Shown here piece by piece: positions 20,094 to 30,928 of a stretch of DNA of 64,000 nt. Origin of the DNA: an uncultured Bacilli bacterium (GTDB lineage: Bacteria > Bacillota_I > Bacilli_A > RF39 > UBA660); assembly GCA_947626095.1 (NCBI GenBank), contig CANQQV010000001.1, positions 98,009-162,008 of the forward strand. Direction: 5' to 3'. The notes under the pieces are model-generated. The model was not told where the DNA came from and searched no databases. It was given only the letters and a program-made list of their open reading frames with translations. The translations under genes and the position numbers were made by a program. Numbering within the stretch: the first letter of the stretch is position 1; each line of letters starts with the position of its first letter.

Positions 20094-22163
20094 GTGAAAT
20101 ATATGTTAATAAAATCATCTGCCATAGAAAGACTACTACGAGAAAATCCTATGTTAAAAGAAAGAAGATTCGGTCTTCCTTATGTCGGTGCCCGTTTAGA
20201 TAAAGAAGAATTTAATCCAACCGTTAAAGAAATTGCTGATGCTATTGATTTTTATGGTTACGAAGTAAGAGATAGTGAAATAACATCTCATCCTGATATC
20301 AACCTTGGTGATGGTAATCCGATGAAATGTGAACCATTCCCTTGTTCTATTAAAGAAATGATTAAATCTTTAGAATCTAAAGAAATGTATAAGTATCCAT
20401 ATACCGAAGGTGATGATAACATTCGTAAAGAACTACTTAAATATATTGAACAAGAAGGTTTTATTAATACTGAACCATATGATTATGAAGATATCGATGA
20501 TAAAGGTTTATCTATTCATAATCTTACTTTCTTACCATCAACTTCTATTACCTTTAACTTAATTATTAATATTATTTCTAAACCTGGGGATGTAATCTTA
20601 GTTCCCGGTCCTAGCTATGGTTTATTTACTATTCGTGCTGAACGAGCAGGAGCAGAAGTTGAAGTTATTCCCCTAGAAAAAGAAGATAACTTCCTTATTA
20701 ATCCTGATAAACTAGCCCAAACGATTGACGATATCAACTATAGTCTTCAACGTGTTTATAATCGTCGTCATGGCTATGTCCCTCGTGTCGTTGCTTTCCT
20801 AAATGCTAATCCCAATAATCCAACCGGTAAAGTAATGGGGGAAAAACAAACTGAATTATTAACTAAAATAAGTCAAGTATGTTTAGAACGTGGTGTCTTC
20901 ATTATTGATGACATGGTTTATCGTGATACAACATATAATAAAAATAATATTGCTAAACCAATTGCTACCATACCTGGAATGTTTCGTAATACTATTACTT
21001 TATTTGGTTTATCTAAAAGTTATGGTATGGCTTCTCTACGTGCTGGTTTTCTAATTGCTGATGAAATAATAATTCGTGAAGTAATTAATCGTATCTTTCA
21101 AGAAATGGATTCTTCACCAGACATTGTTGGTCGTGCTTTAATTGGTGCCTTTAATAGTTCTAAAGAACGAAATGAAACATACGATAAATACTTTAAACAT
21201 ATTAGAAAAACCTATGTTCATCGTTTTAACATCTTAAAAGCTTTAGTAGAAGGTATTGATGCTATTAAAGATTTTCATACTAAAACCGAAATAGAACAAA
21301 CTATTTCTAAATATATAACTAATAAAAAAGAATATGATTTACTATTAAAAGGTTTACCATATACTAAATTTCCTGATAATTTAGAACCAGAAGCTGGTTT
21401 CTTTGCTATCTTAGATTTTACTGAATTAAAAGGTAAAACTTATCATGGTAATCCAATTAAAACTGAAAAAGACTTACTAGAATTCTTCTATAAAACTAAT
21501 CGTTTACGTTTCTTAATAGGTCAATCAATTAGTTGGCCATATAAAAAAGAACTAGTTGGTCGTATTACCTTTGCTTGGGAAGATCAAGACTTAATTAATG
21601 CTATTGCTTTAATTAATAATTCTCTCCAACAACTAGTAATGGAAAACTCTTATACCATTCGTTTAAATACGATAAACGATCAAAAAGATATGGCTAAAAT
21701 CAAAGTTGATAGTTGGCAAAAAACATATCCTGGTATTATCGATCAAAAATACTTAGACTCTCTAAACTATGAAGAGCAAGAAGCTAAATACCTTGATAGT
21801 TTTACAGAATATAAGCATTCTGTCTTAGTAGCTGAAGATAATGATACTAAAAAAGTCGTTGGATACTCATGTTTTAATTTAGAGACAAATGAATATACTG
21901 ATTGTGAATTAGTTAGTTTATATATTAATCCTAAGTATACTAGACGTGGTATAGGTACAATATTACTACGTGAAACAATTAAAGAATTAAAAGGCTATAA
22001 TAAAAAGACTATGTTACTATGGTGTTTAAAAGATAATAAGAATGCACTTAAATTCTATGAAAAACTAGGTGGAATTAAAACGTACTCTAAACTAGCTAAT
22101 ATCGGTGGTAAAGTTTACCACGAAGATGGTTTTATCTTTGATATCGATTCATTTAATAAATAA
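20094..22163 (+). CDS. class I/II PLP aminotransferase fused to C-terminal GNAT acetyltransferase
   Basis: NPNNPTG, DDMVY, SKSYGMASLRAG; C-terminal RRGIGT and NALKFYEKLG. Confidence 0.85.
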   Translation: MKYMLIKSSAIERLLRENPMLKERRFGLPYVGARLDKEEFNPTVKEIADAIDFYGYEVRDSEITSHPDINLGDGNPMKCEPFPCSIKEMIKSLESKEMYKYPYTEGDDNIRKELLKYIEQEGFINTEPYDYEDIDDKGLSIHNLTFLPSTSITFNLIINIISKPGDVILVPGPSYGLFTIRAERAGAEVEVIPLEKEDNFLINPDKLAQTIDDINYSLQRVYNRRHGYVPRVVAFLNANPNNPTGKVMGEKQTELLTKISQVCLERGVFIIDDMVYRDTTYNKNNIAKPIATIPGMFRNTITLFGLSKSYGMASLRAGFLIADEIIIREVINRIFQEMDSSPDIVGRALIGAFNSSKERNETYDKYFKHIRKTYVHRFNILKALVEGIDAIKDFHTKTEIEQTISKYITNKKEYDLLLKGLPYTKFPDNLEPEAGFFAILDFTELKGKTYHGNPIKTEKDLLEFFYKTNRLRFLIGQSISWPYKKELVGRITFAWEDQDLINAIALINNSLQQLVMENSYTIRLNTINDQKDMAKIKVDSWQKTYPGIIDQKYLDSLNYEEQEAKYLDSFTEYKHSVLVAEDNDTKKVVGYSCFNLETNEYTDCELVSLYINPKYTRRGIGTILLRETIKELKGYNKKTMLLWCLKDNKNALKFYEKLGGIKTYSKLANIGGKVYHEDGFIFDIDSFNK

Positions 22164-22256
22164 ATACGATATAATCGTATTTTTTCTTTGGTACAAATAA
22201 AATATCAAAAAAGAGCTTAACAAAGCTCTATAAGTCTAAAAATAAGCTTAAAATAA

Positions 22257-22715
22257 CTATTGACGATAATAAACCATTTTATACCTAGTCTCAGTCTCTT
22301 CATAAAATAAAAAGCCTAATCTCTCATATAAGTCTATTGCTTCCTTATTATCTTTATATACCCATAAATAAACAATAGCATTATTTCTTAAAACATCCTT
22401 AATTAAACGACTACCAATTCCCTTATTACGATATCTATCTTCTAAATATATTTCATCTAACAACTTACCATCTTCATAATCACTAACTAAAATACATCCA
22501 ATTATCTTCTCATCAACTACTACTAACTGATAATTACTTATTTCCATAGCTACACTACTATTGACATATTCTTTAATCTTATTAAGTTCTTCTTTACTTA
22601 AATCTTTTGCATACTTAAGAATTGTTAATAACTTATATTTTATTAACAATTCAATATTATCTGTAGTTGCTTTAACTAAACTATATTTTATTTTACTTTT
22701 AATATTGGTTTCCAT
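22257..22715 (-). CDS. GNAT acetyltransferase
   Basis: RNKGIGS, NKEAIDLYERLGF. Confidence 0.85.
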   Translation of the reverse strand: METNIKSKIKYSLVKATTDNIELLIKYKLLTILKYAKDLSKEELNKIKEYVNSSVAMEISNYQLVVVDEKIIGCILVSDYEDGKLLDEIYLEDRYRNKGIGSRLIKDVLRNNAIVYLWVYKDNKEAIDLYERLGFLFYEETETRYKMVYYRQ

Positions 22716-23026
22716 CTTTCCCCAACTTTTCCTTTTACTACTCCACAATAAACACTATAATCTTTTAAGTTATTATCTAAAGCTACTTGCTTATAAGTAT
22801 CTACACAAGTATTAATAACTTCTTCATTAGATTTAAAATCCCCTTGATAATAAACTATCTCATTATCTTTTATATAGCCTCTTACTAAGCGATTATATTC
22901 ATTATTATTAATTCCTAAACTATTACACCATTCCCTATGACTCATCGTGGAATTTCTTAAATACAATATATTACCATGATATATTATAAAAGCTACTCTA
23001 CTTTTATGAAAAATACTCTCATTCAT
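22688..23026 (-). CDS. hypothetical protein
   Basis: Overlaps neighbours within the operon. Confidence 0.6.
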   Translation of the reverse strand: MNESIFHKSRVAFIIYHGNILYLRNSTMSHREWCNSLGINNNEYNRLVRGYIKDNEIVYYQGDFKSNEEVINTCVDTYKQVALDNNLKDYSVYCGVVKGKVGERWKPILKVK

Positions 23027-23843
23027 TACGATCTAAAAACCAAGCTAAATAAACATCGAAATCATCAGGATGATGTAAATAACATCTACACATTCTAATA
23101 AATAAAACAACATTCATTAAAGCTACTTTATATTTTCTATCTCCTGGTAAAAAATCTAATATCATCGTTTCTCTTAAGTTTCTAAATAATTTAACACTAG
23201 AAAATATTGCAAAGTAAAAATCATATAATATATCACCAACGACTGGCATTGGATCAATAACTCTTATTAACCTTTCATCATCTATTAAAAAATTATGTAC
23301 GCCAAAATCACCATGTATTAAATACTTCGGCGCATCATACTTTTTAATCTTCTCTAAATCATCATATACACTACTAAAATCATAGTTTAAATCTTTAACT
23401 GATTGATAAGAATAATCAACTTCATCTTTTAAAAACTGATACCAACTCTTCTTATGATCTTCATATAAATATCCATATCCATCATATCTATAAGGTTTAT
23501 AATTAGTAACAATTCCAAAGCATTGTTCAATCGTTCCCATAACATCTGGATATGCTTCATCTTTAAACTTCGTACCTTCGATAAACTCAAAACATAAATA
23601 TCCTAATTTATTATTATGACATAATAACTTTTGTATTCTTTCCGTCTTTTTATATACTCTAAAATATTCTAGTTGCGCTTTCATTTCGTTTTTATCAACC
23701 GTTTTAACTAAATACTTATTATCAATACTAAAAACTAAAGAATCTGTCGTTCCTTCCTTATAATAAACTATATCCTCTTTATTAATATTAATTTTTAATT
23801 TTATTTCTAAATCATTGATAATGTTATCTAGCATAAATATCAC
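23019..23843 (-). CDS. aminoglycoside/choline phosphotransferase-family kinase
   Basis: HGDFGVHN, IDP...GD. Confidence 0.8.
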   Translation of the reverse strand: MIFMLDNIINDLEIKLKININKEDIVYYKEGTTDSLVFSIDNKYLVKTVDKNEMKAQLEYFRVYKKTERIQKLLCHNNKLGYLCFEFIEGTKFKDEAYPDVMGTIEQCFGIVTNYKPYRYDGYGYLYEDHKKSWYQFLKDEVDYSYQSVKDLNYDFSSVYDDLEKIKKYDAPKYLIHGDFGVHNFLIDDERLIRVIDPMPVVGDILYDFYFAIFSSVKLFRNLRETMILDFLPGDRKYKVALMNVVLFIRMCRCYLHHPDDFDVYLAWFLDRNE

Positions 23844-25187
23844 CTATAATCTATCTGCCATACCTATATAAGTACTTGGTTTTAATTCTTTAAGTATTTT
23901 TTTATCTTTATTACTAATATCTAAACTATCTATAAATTCATCTAATATCTCTTTAGTAACTTTCTTCCCTCTAGTTAATGCTTTTAATTTATCATATGCA
24001 TCAGGTATTCTATATTTTCTTAAAACTGTTTGAATAGGTTCAGCTAATACTTCCCATTCATTAGCTAATTCACTAGCTATTAACTCTTCATTAACTATCA
24101 CTTTATTTAAACCTTTTAATGTCTCTTTAATACCTTGTAACGCATAACCAAAAGCTACACCTAAATTTCTTAAAGCTGATGAATCAGATAAATCTCTTTG
24201 CATTCTTGATTTCGGTAACTTATTAGATAAAGTAACTAACATTCCATTCGCCATTTCCATATTAGCTTCGCTATTTTCAAAGTTAATCGGATTAACTTTA
24301 TGTGGCATTGTACTACTACCTACTTCATTTTTAATTACTTTAAGTAAGAAATAACCTCTACTTATATATAACCACATATCTAAATCCAAATCTAATACTA
24401 TATTATTTATATGTCTAATATTATCTAAAATATTAACTATATAGTCATGATTTTCTATTTGCGTCGTTAATGGATTAAAAGTAAGATTTAATCCATTTTC
24501 GATAAACTTCTTACATAACTTAACTACATCTATATCACTATAAGCTACACTTAAAGCGCTATAATTTCCTGTTGCACCATTAAACTTCGCTTTAATTTCA
24601 CTTTTCTTTAATCTCTCTAATTCATTAGTTAAACGATAACTATATACTTTAAATTCTTTACCTACAGTCGATGGTGTAGCTGGTTGACCATGTGTATGTG
24701 CTAAAAAAGCTATATCCTTATATTCATTACTTAATTCATCTATTTTACCAATAAACTCTTCCATTCTCGGACAATAAACTTTATTTAAGAAATCATTCAT
24801 CATTAAAGCATAAGCCGTATTATTAACATCTTCTGAAGTTAAACCAATATGAACAAAAGAAACTAATTCTTCCAATCCTATCTCTTTTAACTTTTTATCT
24901 ATAAAATACTCTATTGCTTTAACATCATGATTAGTAATCCTTTCTTCTTCTTTAACTCCGTTAAAAGAATCAATATTAAAACCATTACTAATTTCTAAAA
25001 TCCTTTTAATATCTTTATTAGTTCCTTCTACTATCCCTTCACTTATTAAATAAGATAACCATCTTATTTCTACTAATACTCTATATTTCACATAAGCGTA
25101 TTCCGAAAAATAAGGTGATAATGAATCTTTAATATCATAATATCTTCCATCTAAAGGACATAATTCCATAGCTTTGTATTCTTCCAT
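23844..25187 (-). CDS. purB: adenylosuccinate lyase
   Basis: TNHDVKA, HGQPATP, GSSTMPHKVNP, SRMQRDLSD. Confidence 0.96.
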   Translation of the reverse strand: MEEYKAMELCPLDGRYYDIKDSLSPYFSEYAYVKYRVLVEIRWLSYLISEGIVEGTNKDIKRILEISNGFNIDSFNGVKEEERITNHDVKAIEYFIDKKLKEIGLEELVSFVHIGLTSEDVNNTAYALMMNDFLNKVYCPRMEEFIGKIDELSNEYKDIAFLAHTHGQPATPSTVGKEFKVYSYRLTNELERLKKSEIKAKFNGATGNYSALSVAYSDIDVVKLCKKFIENGLNLTFNPLTTQIENHDYIVNILDNIRHINNIVLDLDLDMWLYISRGYFLLKVIKNEVGSSTMPHKVNPINFENSEANMEMANGMLVTLSNKLPKSRMQRDLSDSSALRNLGVAFGYALQGIKETLKGLNKVIVNEELIASELANEWEVLAEPIQTVLRKYRIPDAYDKLKALTRGKKVTKEILDEFIDSLDISNKDKKILKELKPSTYIGMADRL

Positions 25188-25390
25188 AACACATACTCCA
25201 TCTATACCCTTATATTACACCATATTTATCAATTATTAAAGCAAAAGAAAATAAACTATTACTAATAAAATACAATTAAATGATATATAAGTAAAAATAT
25301 GTCAAAAAAGCTAAAAAAGATTGAACATATTAAAAAGATATCATAAAATCAAGGTAAGAGTAGTCTTACTACTAAGGGAGGATAATAACA

Positions 25391-26044
25391 ATGGGAAACA
25401 ACACAATTGGTTTAAGCGAATCAAAAGTAAATACAATAATAGATGAGTTTAATAGAGATTCTAAAGAAGTACTTGAAACATTAACAGAAGAATTTAACAA
25501 AGTTCTAAAAAGCCTTGCCAAAAACTGGGGAACTGAAGATGGAAAAACTTGGGTAACTGAAACTTTAATTACCTCTTTAAGAGCAACTGGAGAAGAAGTT
25601 GCAAAAGCACTTTTAGCCTTTGGTAGAGTTATTAAAACAACAGCTGAAAGCCAAGCTGAAGATACTAATAATGTATTTAGCATTAATGCTCCAGAACAAG
25701 CCCAATTAGGTGGACTAGATAATCAAATGCAAAACGTCTTAGATAATGGATTCGTTGGTGTATATAGTACAATACATGCTGAAGTTGAAATTGCTCACGA
25801 AAATCTAAATACAAATGTAATGAATAAACTTACTAAATTAAGAATGAATGCTATTAATAATTGTAAAACAGCCTTCACTAATGAAGGTACAAGTAAAGTA
25901 GCTTCTAATGCTGATACTTACATTGAACAAATCAATCAATCTATTAATAAATGTTTTAAAGATTTAAACCAAGGCATAGATGAAAATACTAAAAAAGCTA
26001 AAATTTATGCAGGTACTATTCAAGAAGCTGGATTACGTAGTTAA
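25391..26044 (+). CDS. helical protein, possibly tandem WXG100-like
   Basis: Two ~100-aa helical halves; KNWGT at the centre of the first; no signal peptide. Confidence 0.45.
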   Translation: MGNNTIGLSESKVNTIIDEFNRDSKEVLETLTEEFNKVLKSLAKNWGTEDGKTWVTETLITSLRATGEEVAKALLAFGRVIKTTAESQAEDTNNVFSINAPEQAQLGGLDNQMQNVLDNGFVGVYSTIHAEVEIAHENLNTNVMNKLTKLRMNAINNCKTAFTNEGTSKVASNADTYIEQINQSINKCFKDLNQGIDENTKKAKIYAGTIQEAGLRS

Positions 26045-26094
26045 TATTTATCAATCAAAAATAGACACAACATGTGTCTATTTTTATTTTACAA

Positions 26095-28323
26095 CTAATT
26101 TTCTTCAATATTATTTTTTAATATTTTACTTAATTCTATATTACCATTCTCATTTAAATGAATGCCATCTATATCTAAGTAATCACTAGTACTACTAAAC
26201 ATATTACTTAGGTCAATTAAAACTACATTATCAGAAACTAATTCTTTCATAATATTCTTTTCATGATTATTAGTTACTACAATATATAATTTTTTATTTT
26301 GACATAAATTAATTATTTCTTGATATTCTTCCTTATTAAAACTAATACTATTATCAAACTCTAAAATAATATTATTTGGTAATAATTCTTCATTCTTAAT
26401 ACTTTCTATTACTTTTTCATAAGTAAATTCCTTATCCGTAATATACTTCGCATCAGTAAATACTTCATGTAACTTATCAAACGAATTAATAAGGATTTCA
26501 TTACCAATAAATAAGTACTTAGAAGTTAAATCTTCTTTATATTGATTTAATATTTCTTCCTTTTCTTTTTCAAAGTTTTCTAAATAAACTTCATATACCG
26601 AATTATATATAACTTCACTATAAGCTTTAATTCCTTTACTCGTTAAATGAATACCATCAGCATAAAAATATTCATCATGTCCCTCTGAAGCACTATTCCA
26701 ATCTATTAGATGAACATTATCATGTTGATTAGCAAAATTAAGTAATCTATCATTTACATGAACATCTTCATCATTCGTAACATTCACCCAGAATATTTCA
26801 CGATCACCACATTCTGCTAAAATAGCTTCCTTACATTTATTTGAGCAATCTCCATTTGTTCCTAAATTAAGTACAACCGGTCCTTTAAATAACTTTTTAC
26901 TCTTTAAATCAACAATTATATCTTGAACTGACCATGCCGTACGAGATATTTTCGCATCTACATAACTATTAGGAAACTGTTTATATAAACCATTAACTGC
27001 TCCTAACATAACTGAGTCTCCAATACCAACTAACGGTAATTCATGAACTTTATCTTCTAAATTGCTTTCGCCTTCTTCTAACTCTTCAATAGTTGAAGCC
27101 CAATTATCTTTCTTTTCACTAAGCATCTTCGCATATTCTTCTTGTTTTCTCTTAACTAATTCTTCATTCTCGGCCATTTTTTGTTCCAAAACATCCATTT
27201 CTTTCTGATAATCTTTAGCTACAACAAACTTATAACCACCAAACAAAGTAAAACCTAACACTAAAATACTCAAAGCTATCTTTAAATACTTAAGCTTAAT
27301 ATCTTTATATTTAAAATCTAATATATAACGTAATAAATAACCTAGAACAAAACTACCTATAACCACAATTAATACTTTTAACAAAATATTAATCTTAACT
27401 AACTGTAATAAAAAGATAATTGGATATTGTACTAAATAAACTTCATAAGTAACACTTGATAAACTCTTACATCCCATATCAAATATACTTAAACCTCTTT
27501 TATTTAAACTTACATATTCTATTAAACGACAAGCTATTAAACTATCTATTATCATAATTATCGCCAAAAGCTTAAAATCAGCTCTAATAAAGACAAAAGA
27601 ATAAATTAAAACTACAACATACATAATAATGATTAATTTAGAATATTTCTTTTGTTTAAATAAATCAGGAACTAAATTACCATAGTAAGAATGAATAAAA
27701 CCTAATGATAAACCTAATAATAATGAAAAAGCTCTAGCCAAAGTATCATAATAAGTAACCATTATATTGCCTTGTCTACTTACAATATAAAAATATATAC
27801 AACTAACTATTGCTAATATAACCGTTATTAAACAAGGAATAATCTTCTTCTTAAAGACTTTTTCTATCTTTCTTAAACCTAAATAAATAAAAGGAAATAC
27901 TAAGTCAAATTGAAATAATATACTTATATACCATAAATGCATAAAAGGCGAATTAACATGTTTGGCAAAATAATCTAAATTGGCACTAAGTTGCCAAAAA
28001 TTATTATAACCAAATAATACCGAGAATGTTTCTGGTTTTAAATTCATCCAATTAATACTTGATATTAAAGATACAACTCCAATACTAACCATAACTACTA
28101 CTAGCAGTGGAATATATAATCTTTTTAATTTATTAAGATAATACTCTTTTAAAGAAAACTCTTTCTTTTTAAAAGCACTAACACAAGATAAATAACCACT
28201 AAGGACAAAAAACACGCAAACAGCTAAAAAGCCACCCTTTAACACTGTTAAATGATATAATAATACACCAATACAAGCTATTAATCTAATATAATCAATT
28301 CCTATAATATACTTCTTATTCAT
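26095..28323 (-). CDS. OatA-like acyltransferase (AT3 plus SGNH, plus a second SGNH-like domain)
   Basis: FFVLSGYL, HLWY, GDSVM, LGTN, DGIHL twice. Confidence 0.85.
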   Translation of the reverse strand: MNKKYIIGIDYIRLIACIGVLLYHLTVLKGGFLAVCVFFVLSGYLSCVSAFKKKEFSLKEYYLNKLKRLYIPLLVVVMVSIGVVSLISSINWMNLKPETFSVLFGYNNFWQLSANLDYFAKHVNSPFMHLWYISILFQFDLVFPFIYLGLRKIEKVFKKKIIPCLITVILAIVSCIYFYIVSRQGNIMVTYYDTLARAFSLLLGLSLGFIHSYYGNLVPDLFKQKKYSKLIIIMYVVVLIYSFVFIRADFKLLAIIMIIDSLIACRLIEYVSLNKRGLSIFDMGCKSLSSVTYEVYLVQYPIIFLLQLVKINILLKVLIVVIGSFVLGYLLRYILDFKYKDIKLKYLKIALSILVLGFTLFGGYKFVVAKDYQKEMDVLEQKMAENEELVKRKQEEYAKMLSEKKDNWASTIEELEEGESNLEDKVHELPLVGIGDSVMLGAVNGLYKQFPNSYVDAKISRTAWSVQDIIVDLKSKKLFKGPVVLNLGTNGDCSNKCKEAILAECGDREIFWVNVTNDEDVHVNDRLLNFANQHDNVHLIDWNSASEGHDEYFYADGIHLTSKGIKAYSEVIYNSVYEVYLENFEKEKEEILNQYKEDLTSKYLFIGNEILINSFDKLHEVFTDAKYITDKEFTYEKVIESIKNEELLPNNIILEFDNSISFNKEEYQEIINLCQNKKLYIVVTNNHEKNIMKELVSDNVVLIDLSNMFSSTSDYLDIDGIHLNENGNIELSKILKNNIEEN

Positions 28324-28361
28324 CTTACAACCTCTTACTCCACGTTCAATAGAAAAAGAGT

Positions 28362-29120
28362 CTATAACTCTATATTCCTATTATATACCATTGCTTCTTT
28401 AGGAAAATACTTTTTATTATCAATTAATTCTCTATTTACTTTTTCTTTATAAAATTCATCAATAAAACCTAATATTGTATTAACAATATAGTTAGCATCT
28501 TCTCTACTTATATTATACACCTTACATTCTTCATCACTAATCACAACTGCTTTACGATGATACTCATAAAAAATATCCGCTACATCCATACCTTTATTTA
28601 TCATCTCATCTACAAACGGAATATATCTTAACTCTTTAATTATCTTTGGATTATTAACATATATCTCCTTTTCCGTTTGATATTTAATTAATGTTGTTGC
28701 TGAATGTACTTTATCAATCATTTTAGCAACTTTAGCTTCTAAATTACTACTATTATCAAAGTCTTTTATTAATTGCTTAATATTTATAATACCATTAAAT
28801 AATCTATCTAAATATTCAATTGCTACATTAGTAACTCTCTCAATTTCTTCACTAGATACTCCTTCAAACTTTGTAATATCTCCAGTAATAGCTTCCGGCA
28901 AATCATGACATATAATATAATCATATAATTTATCATAATTAATAAATTGGTCTAACTTATTTTTAAGTATTCTCGCTATTAAAATTAAATCTAATATATG
29001 ATCTTTAACATCTTCAAGTCGCTCTCTATCTACACACCATAATACTGGTCCACTTCTTTTAGTATCACCCAGTATATCAAAAATCATAAATAATTTTACT
29101 TCATTTTCCACTACTATCAC
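28362..29120 (-). CDS. HD-domain phosphohydrolase (YfbR-like)
   Basis: EDVKDH, CHDLPEAITGD. Confidence 0.8.
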   Translation of the reverse strand: MIVVENEVKLFMIFDILGDTKRSGPVLWCVDRERLEDVKDHILDLILIARILKNKLDQFINYDKLYDYIICHDLPEAITGDITKFEGVSSEEIERVTNVAIEYLDRLFNGIINIKQLIKDFDNSSNLEAKVAKMIDKVHSATTLIKYQTEKEIYVNNPKIIKELRYIPFVDEMINKGMDVADIFYEYHRKAVVISDEECKVYNISREDANYIVNTILGFIDEFYKEKVNRELIDNKKYFPKEAMVYNRNIEL

Positions 29121-29127
29121 CTAGTTG

Positions 29128-30636
29128 CTAGAACAATGGTGCTAATAATCTTAATATCGCTTGCCATATATTTTTAATGAATCCTACTTTAACATCCTTT
29201 TCTTTTAATTCTTTAGATTCTTTAAATGTCTTATCAAAATCTTCTTTTATCTTCTTAATTTCTTTACAATCTTCCATATAAATACCATTTTCAAAATGTA
29301 AATATAAACTACGATAATCCATATTAATAGTACCTACTACACTTCTTATATCATCAGCAATAAATACTTTTGAATGAACAAATCCCTTAGTAAAAGTATA
29401 TATTTTAACGCCACCCTTAGTAAGTACTTCAAAGAAAGAACTAGTCTGTGTATAAGTAACTTGTTTATCTGGAATACCAGGCACAATAATTCTTACATCT
29501 ACTCCTCTTTTAGCTGCTCTAATTAAACTATTAACCATATCTGTATCAATTATTAAATAAGGAGTCATAATATATAAATATTTCTTAGCACTATTAATCA
29601 TATTTATATATACATCTTCGCCAATTAAATCATTATGTAATGGTGATAATCCATAAGGTACTACATAACTACCATTATCTTTTTTATCTTTAAAATCATA
29701 TTTAAACTTTAATATATCTTTATCTTCCTGAACATTAGCATTCCACATTGTTAAAAACATAACAGTTAAATTCCAAATAGCATCTCCTACTATTTTAATC
29801 CCATTATCTTTCCAAATACCTAATGTACTATTAACATTAATATATTCATCACTTAAATTAACTCCTCCAGAGAATGCTACTTTACCATCTATAATTGTCA
29901 TCTTACGATGATCTCTATTATTCATAAATATTCCTCTAAAAGGACTTAATTTATTAAAAGGAATACACTTAATTCCATACTTAGCTAATTCTTTAGGATA
30001 CTTAGTAGATAACATCGCAATACTACCCATATCATCATATAATATTCTAACATCTACTCCCTTACTAGCTTTTTCTTTTAAGATATCTAGAATACCATTC
30101 CACATAACTCCTTCATTAATAATAAAGTATTCCATAAAGATAAACTTCTCAGCTTTCTTTAACTCTTTTATTAATTCAGGATAAAACTTCTCACCAAATT
30201 CATAATAAGTAACATCATTATTCTTAGTAACATTACATCCCGTACGATTCATTATGTATTTTAAGTTATCTAAGTCATTATCTAATATCTCGTTTTTAAT
30301 CTTTTCATCTTGTTTTAAATACTTACTATATTCTTTTTCATACTTAAAGATATTTTTAAGTAATTTATTCTTTGAATAACTTCTACCTAAAGTTAATAAT
30401 AAGATTGTTCCAAAGATTGGAAACATAATAATTAACATCATCCATGGCAAATCATTAGATAACCTTGTACTATTTTTTAAAATTCCTAATATAATTAATA
30501 TACTAACAACCCTATAGAATAAACTTATTATAGCAATATGCTCATTAAAAAAGAATTGAATAGATATTAAAAAGCCAAATTGTAACAATATACCAAGTAT
30601 CACAATTAAAGCTCTTTTTACTGCATTTATCACCAC
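29128..30636 (-). CDS. cls: cardiolipin synthase
   Basis: Two HKD motifs (HRKMTIIDG, HSKVFIADD) and N-terminal TMs. Confidence 0.93.
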   Translation of the reverse strand: MVINAVKRALIVILGILLQFGFLISIQFFFNEHIAIISLFYRVVSILIILGILKNSTRLSNDLPWMMLIIMFPIFGTILLLTLGRSYSKNKLLKNIFKYEKEYSKYLKQDEKIKNEILDNDLDNLKYIMNRTGCNVTKNNDVTYYEFGEKFYPELIKELKKAEKFIFMEYFIINEGVMWNGILDILKEKASKGVDVRILYDDMGSIAMLSTKYPKELAKYGIKCIPFNKLSPFRGIFMNNRDHRKMTIIDGKVAFSGGVNLSDEYINVNSTLGIWKDNGIKIVGDAIWNLTVMFLTMWNANVQEDKDILKFKYDFKDKKDNGSYVVPYGLSPLHNDLIGEDVYINMINSAKKYLYIMTPYLIIDTDMVNSLIRAAKRGVDVRIIVPGIPDKQVTYTQTSSFFEVLTKGGVKIYTFTKGFVHSKVFIADDIRSVVGTINMDYRSLYLHFENGIYMEDCKEIKKIKEDFDKTFKESKELKEKDVKVGFIKNIWQAILRLLAPLF

Positions 30637-30736
30637 TATACACCTCGCATATAGAATATCACAAAACAGGCAAAAAAACTATAAAAATACTTGCAGATTA
30701 GCAGTTTTATGCTATAATGAAATTGTTACATTTTTT

Positions 30737-30777
30737 AGGGGTATAGTTCAATGGTAGAACGTCGGTCTCCAAAACCG
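30737..30777 (+). pseudogene. 5' half of host tRNA-Trp(CCA), interrupted by the ICE (attL)
   Basis: AGGGGTATAGTTCAATGGTAGAACGTCGGTCTCCAAAACCG; no T-arm or acceptor 3' strand follows. Confidence 0.9.
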
Positions 30778-30860
30778 ACTGACTTGAAATGAATTGATGT
30801 TCTTTGAAAGTATTATAAATACTGGGAATAATGCCCATAAGAAAAAATAAAAAATAAAAA

Positions 30861-30882
30861 TTTGTGCCACGATTTGTGCCAA
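30861..30882. repeat. putative integrase arm-type sites (tandem TGTGCCA)
   Basis: TTTGTGCCACGATTTGTGCCAA; related copies at 63364-63384 (inverted), ~63475, ~63555, ~63639 and 63668-63688. Confidence 0.75.
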
Positions 30883-30928
30883 TAGCCATTTTTATGGTTA
30901 TATGCTATAATAATTCGTGGTTATATCT

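Noticed and set aside
30707-30889. 60-aa minus-strand ORF
   Set aside because: Antisense to the tRNA half and attL arm repeats
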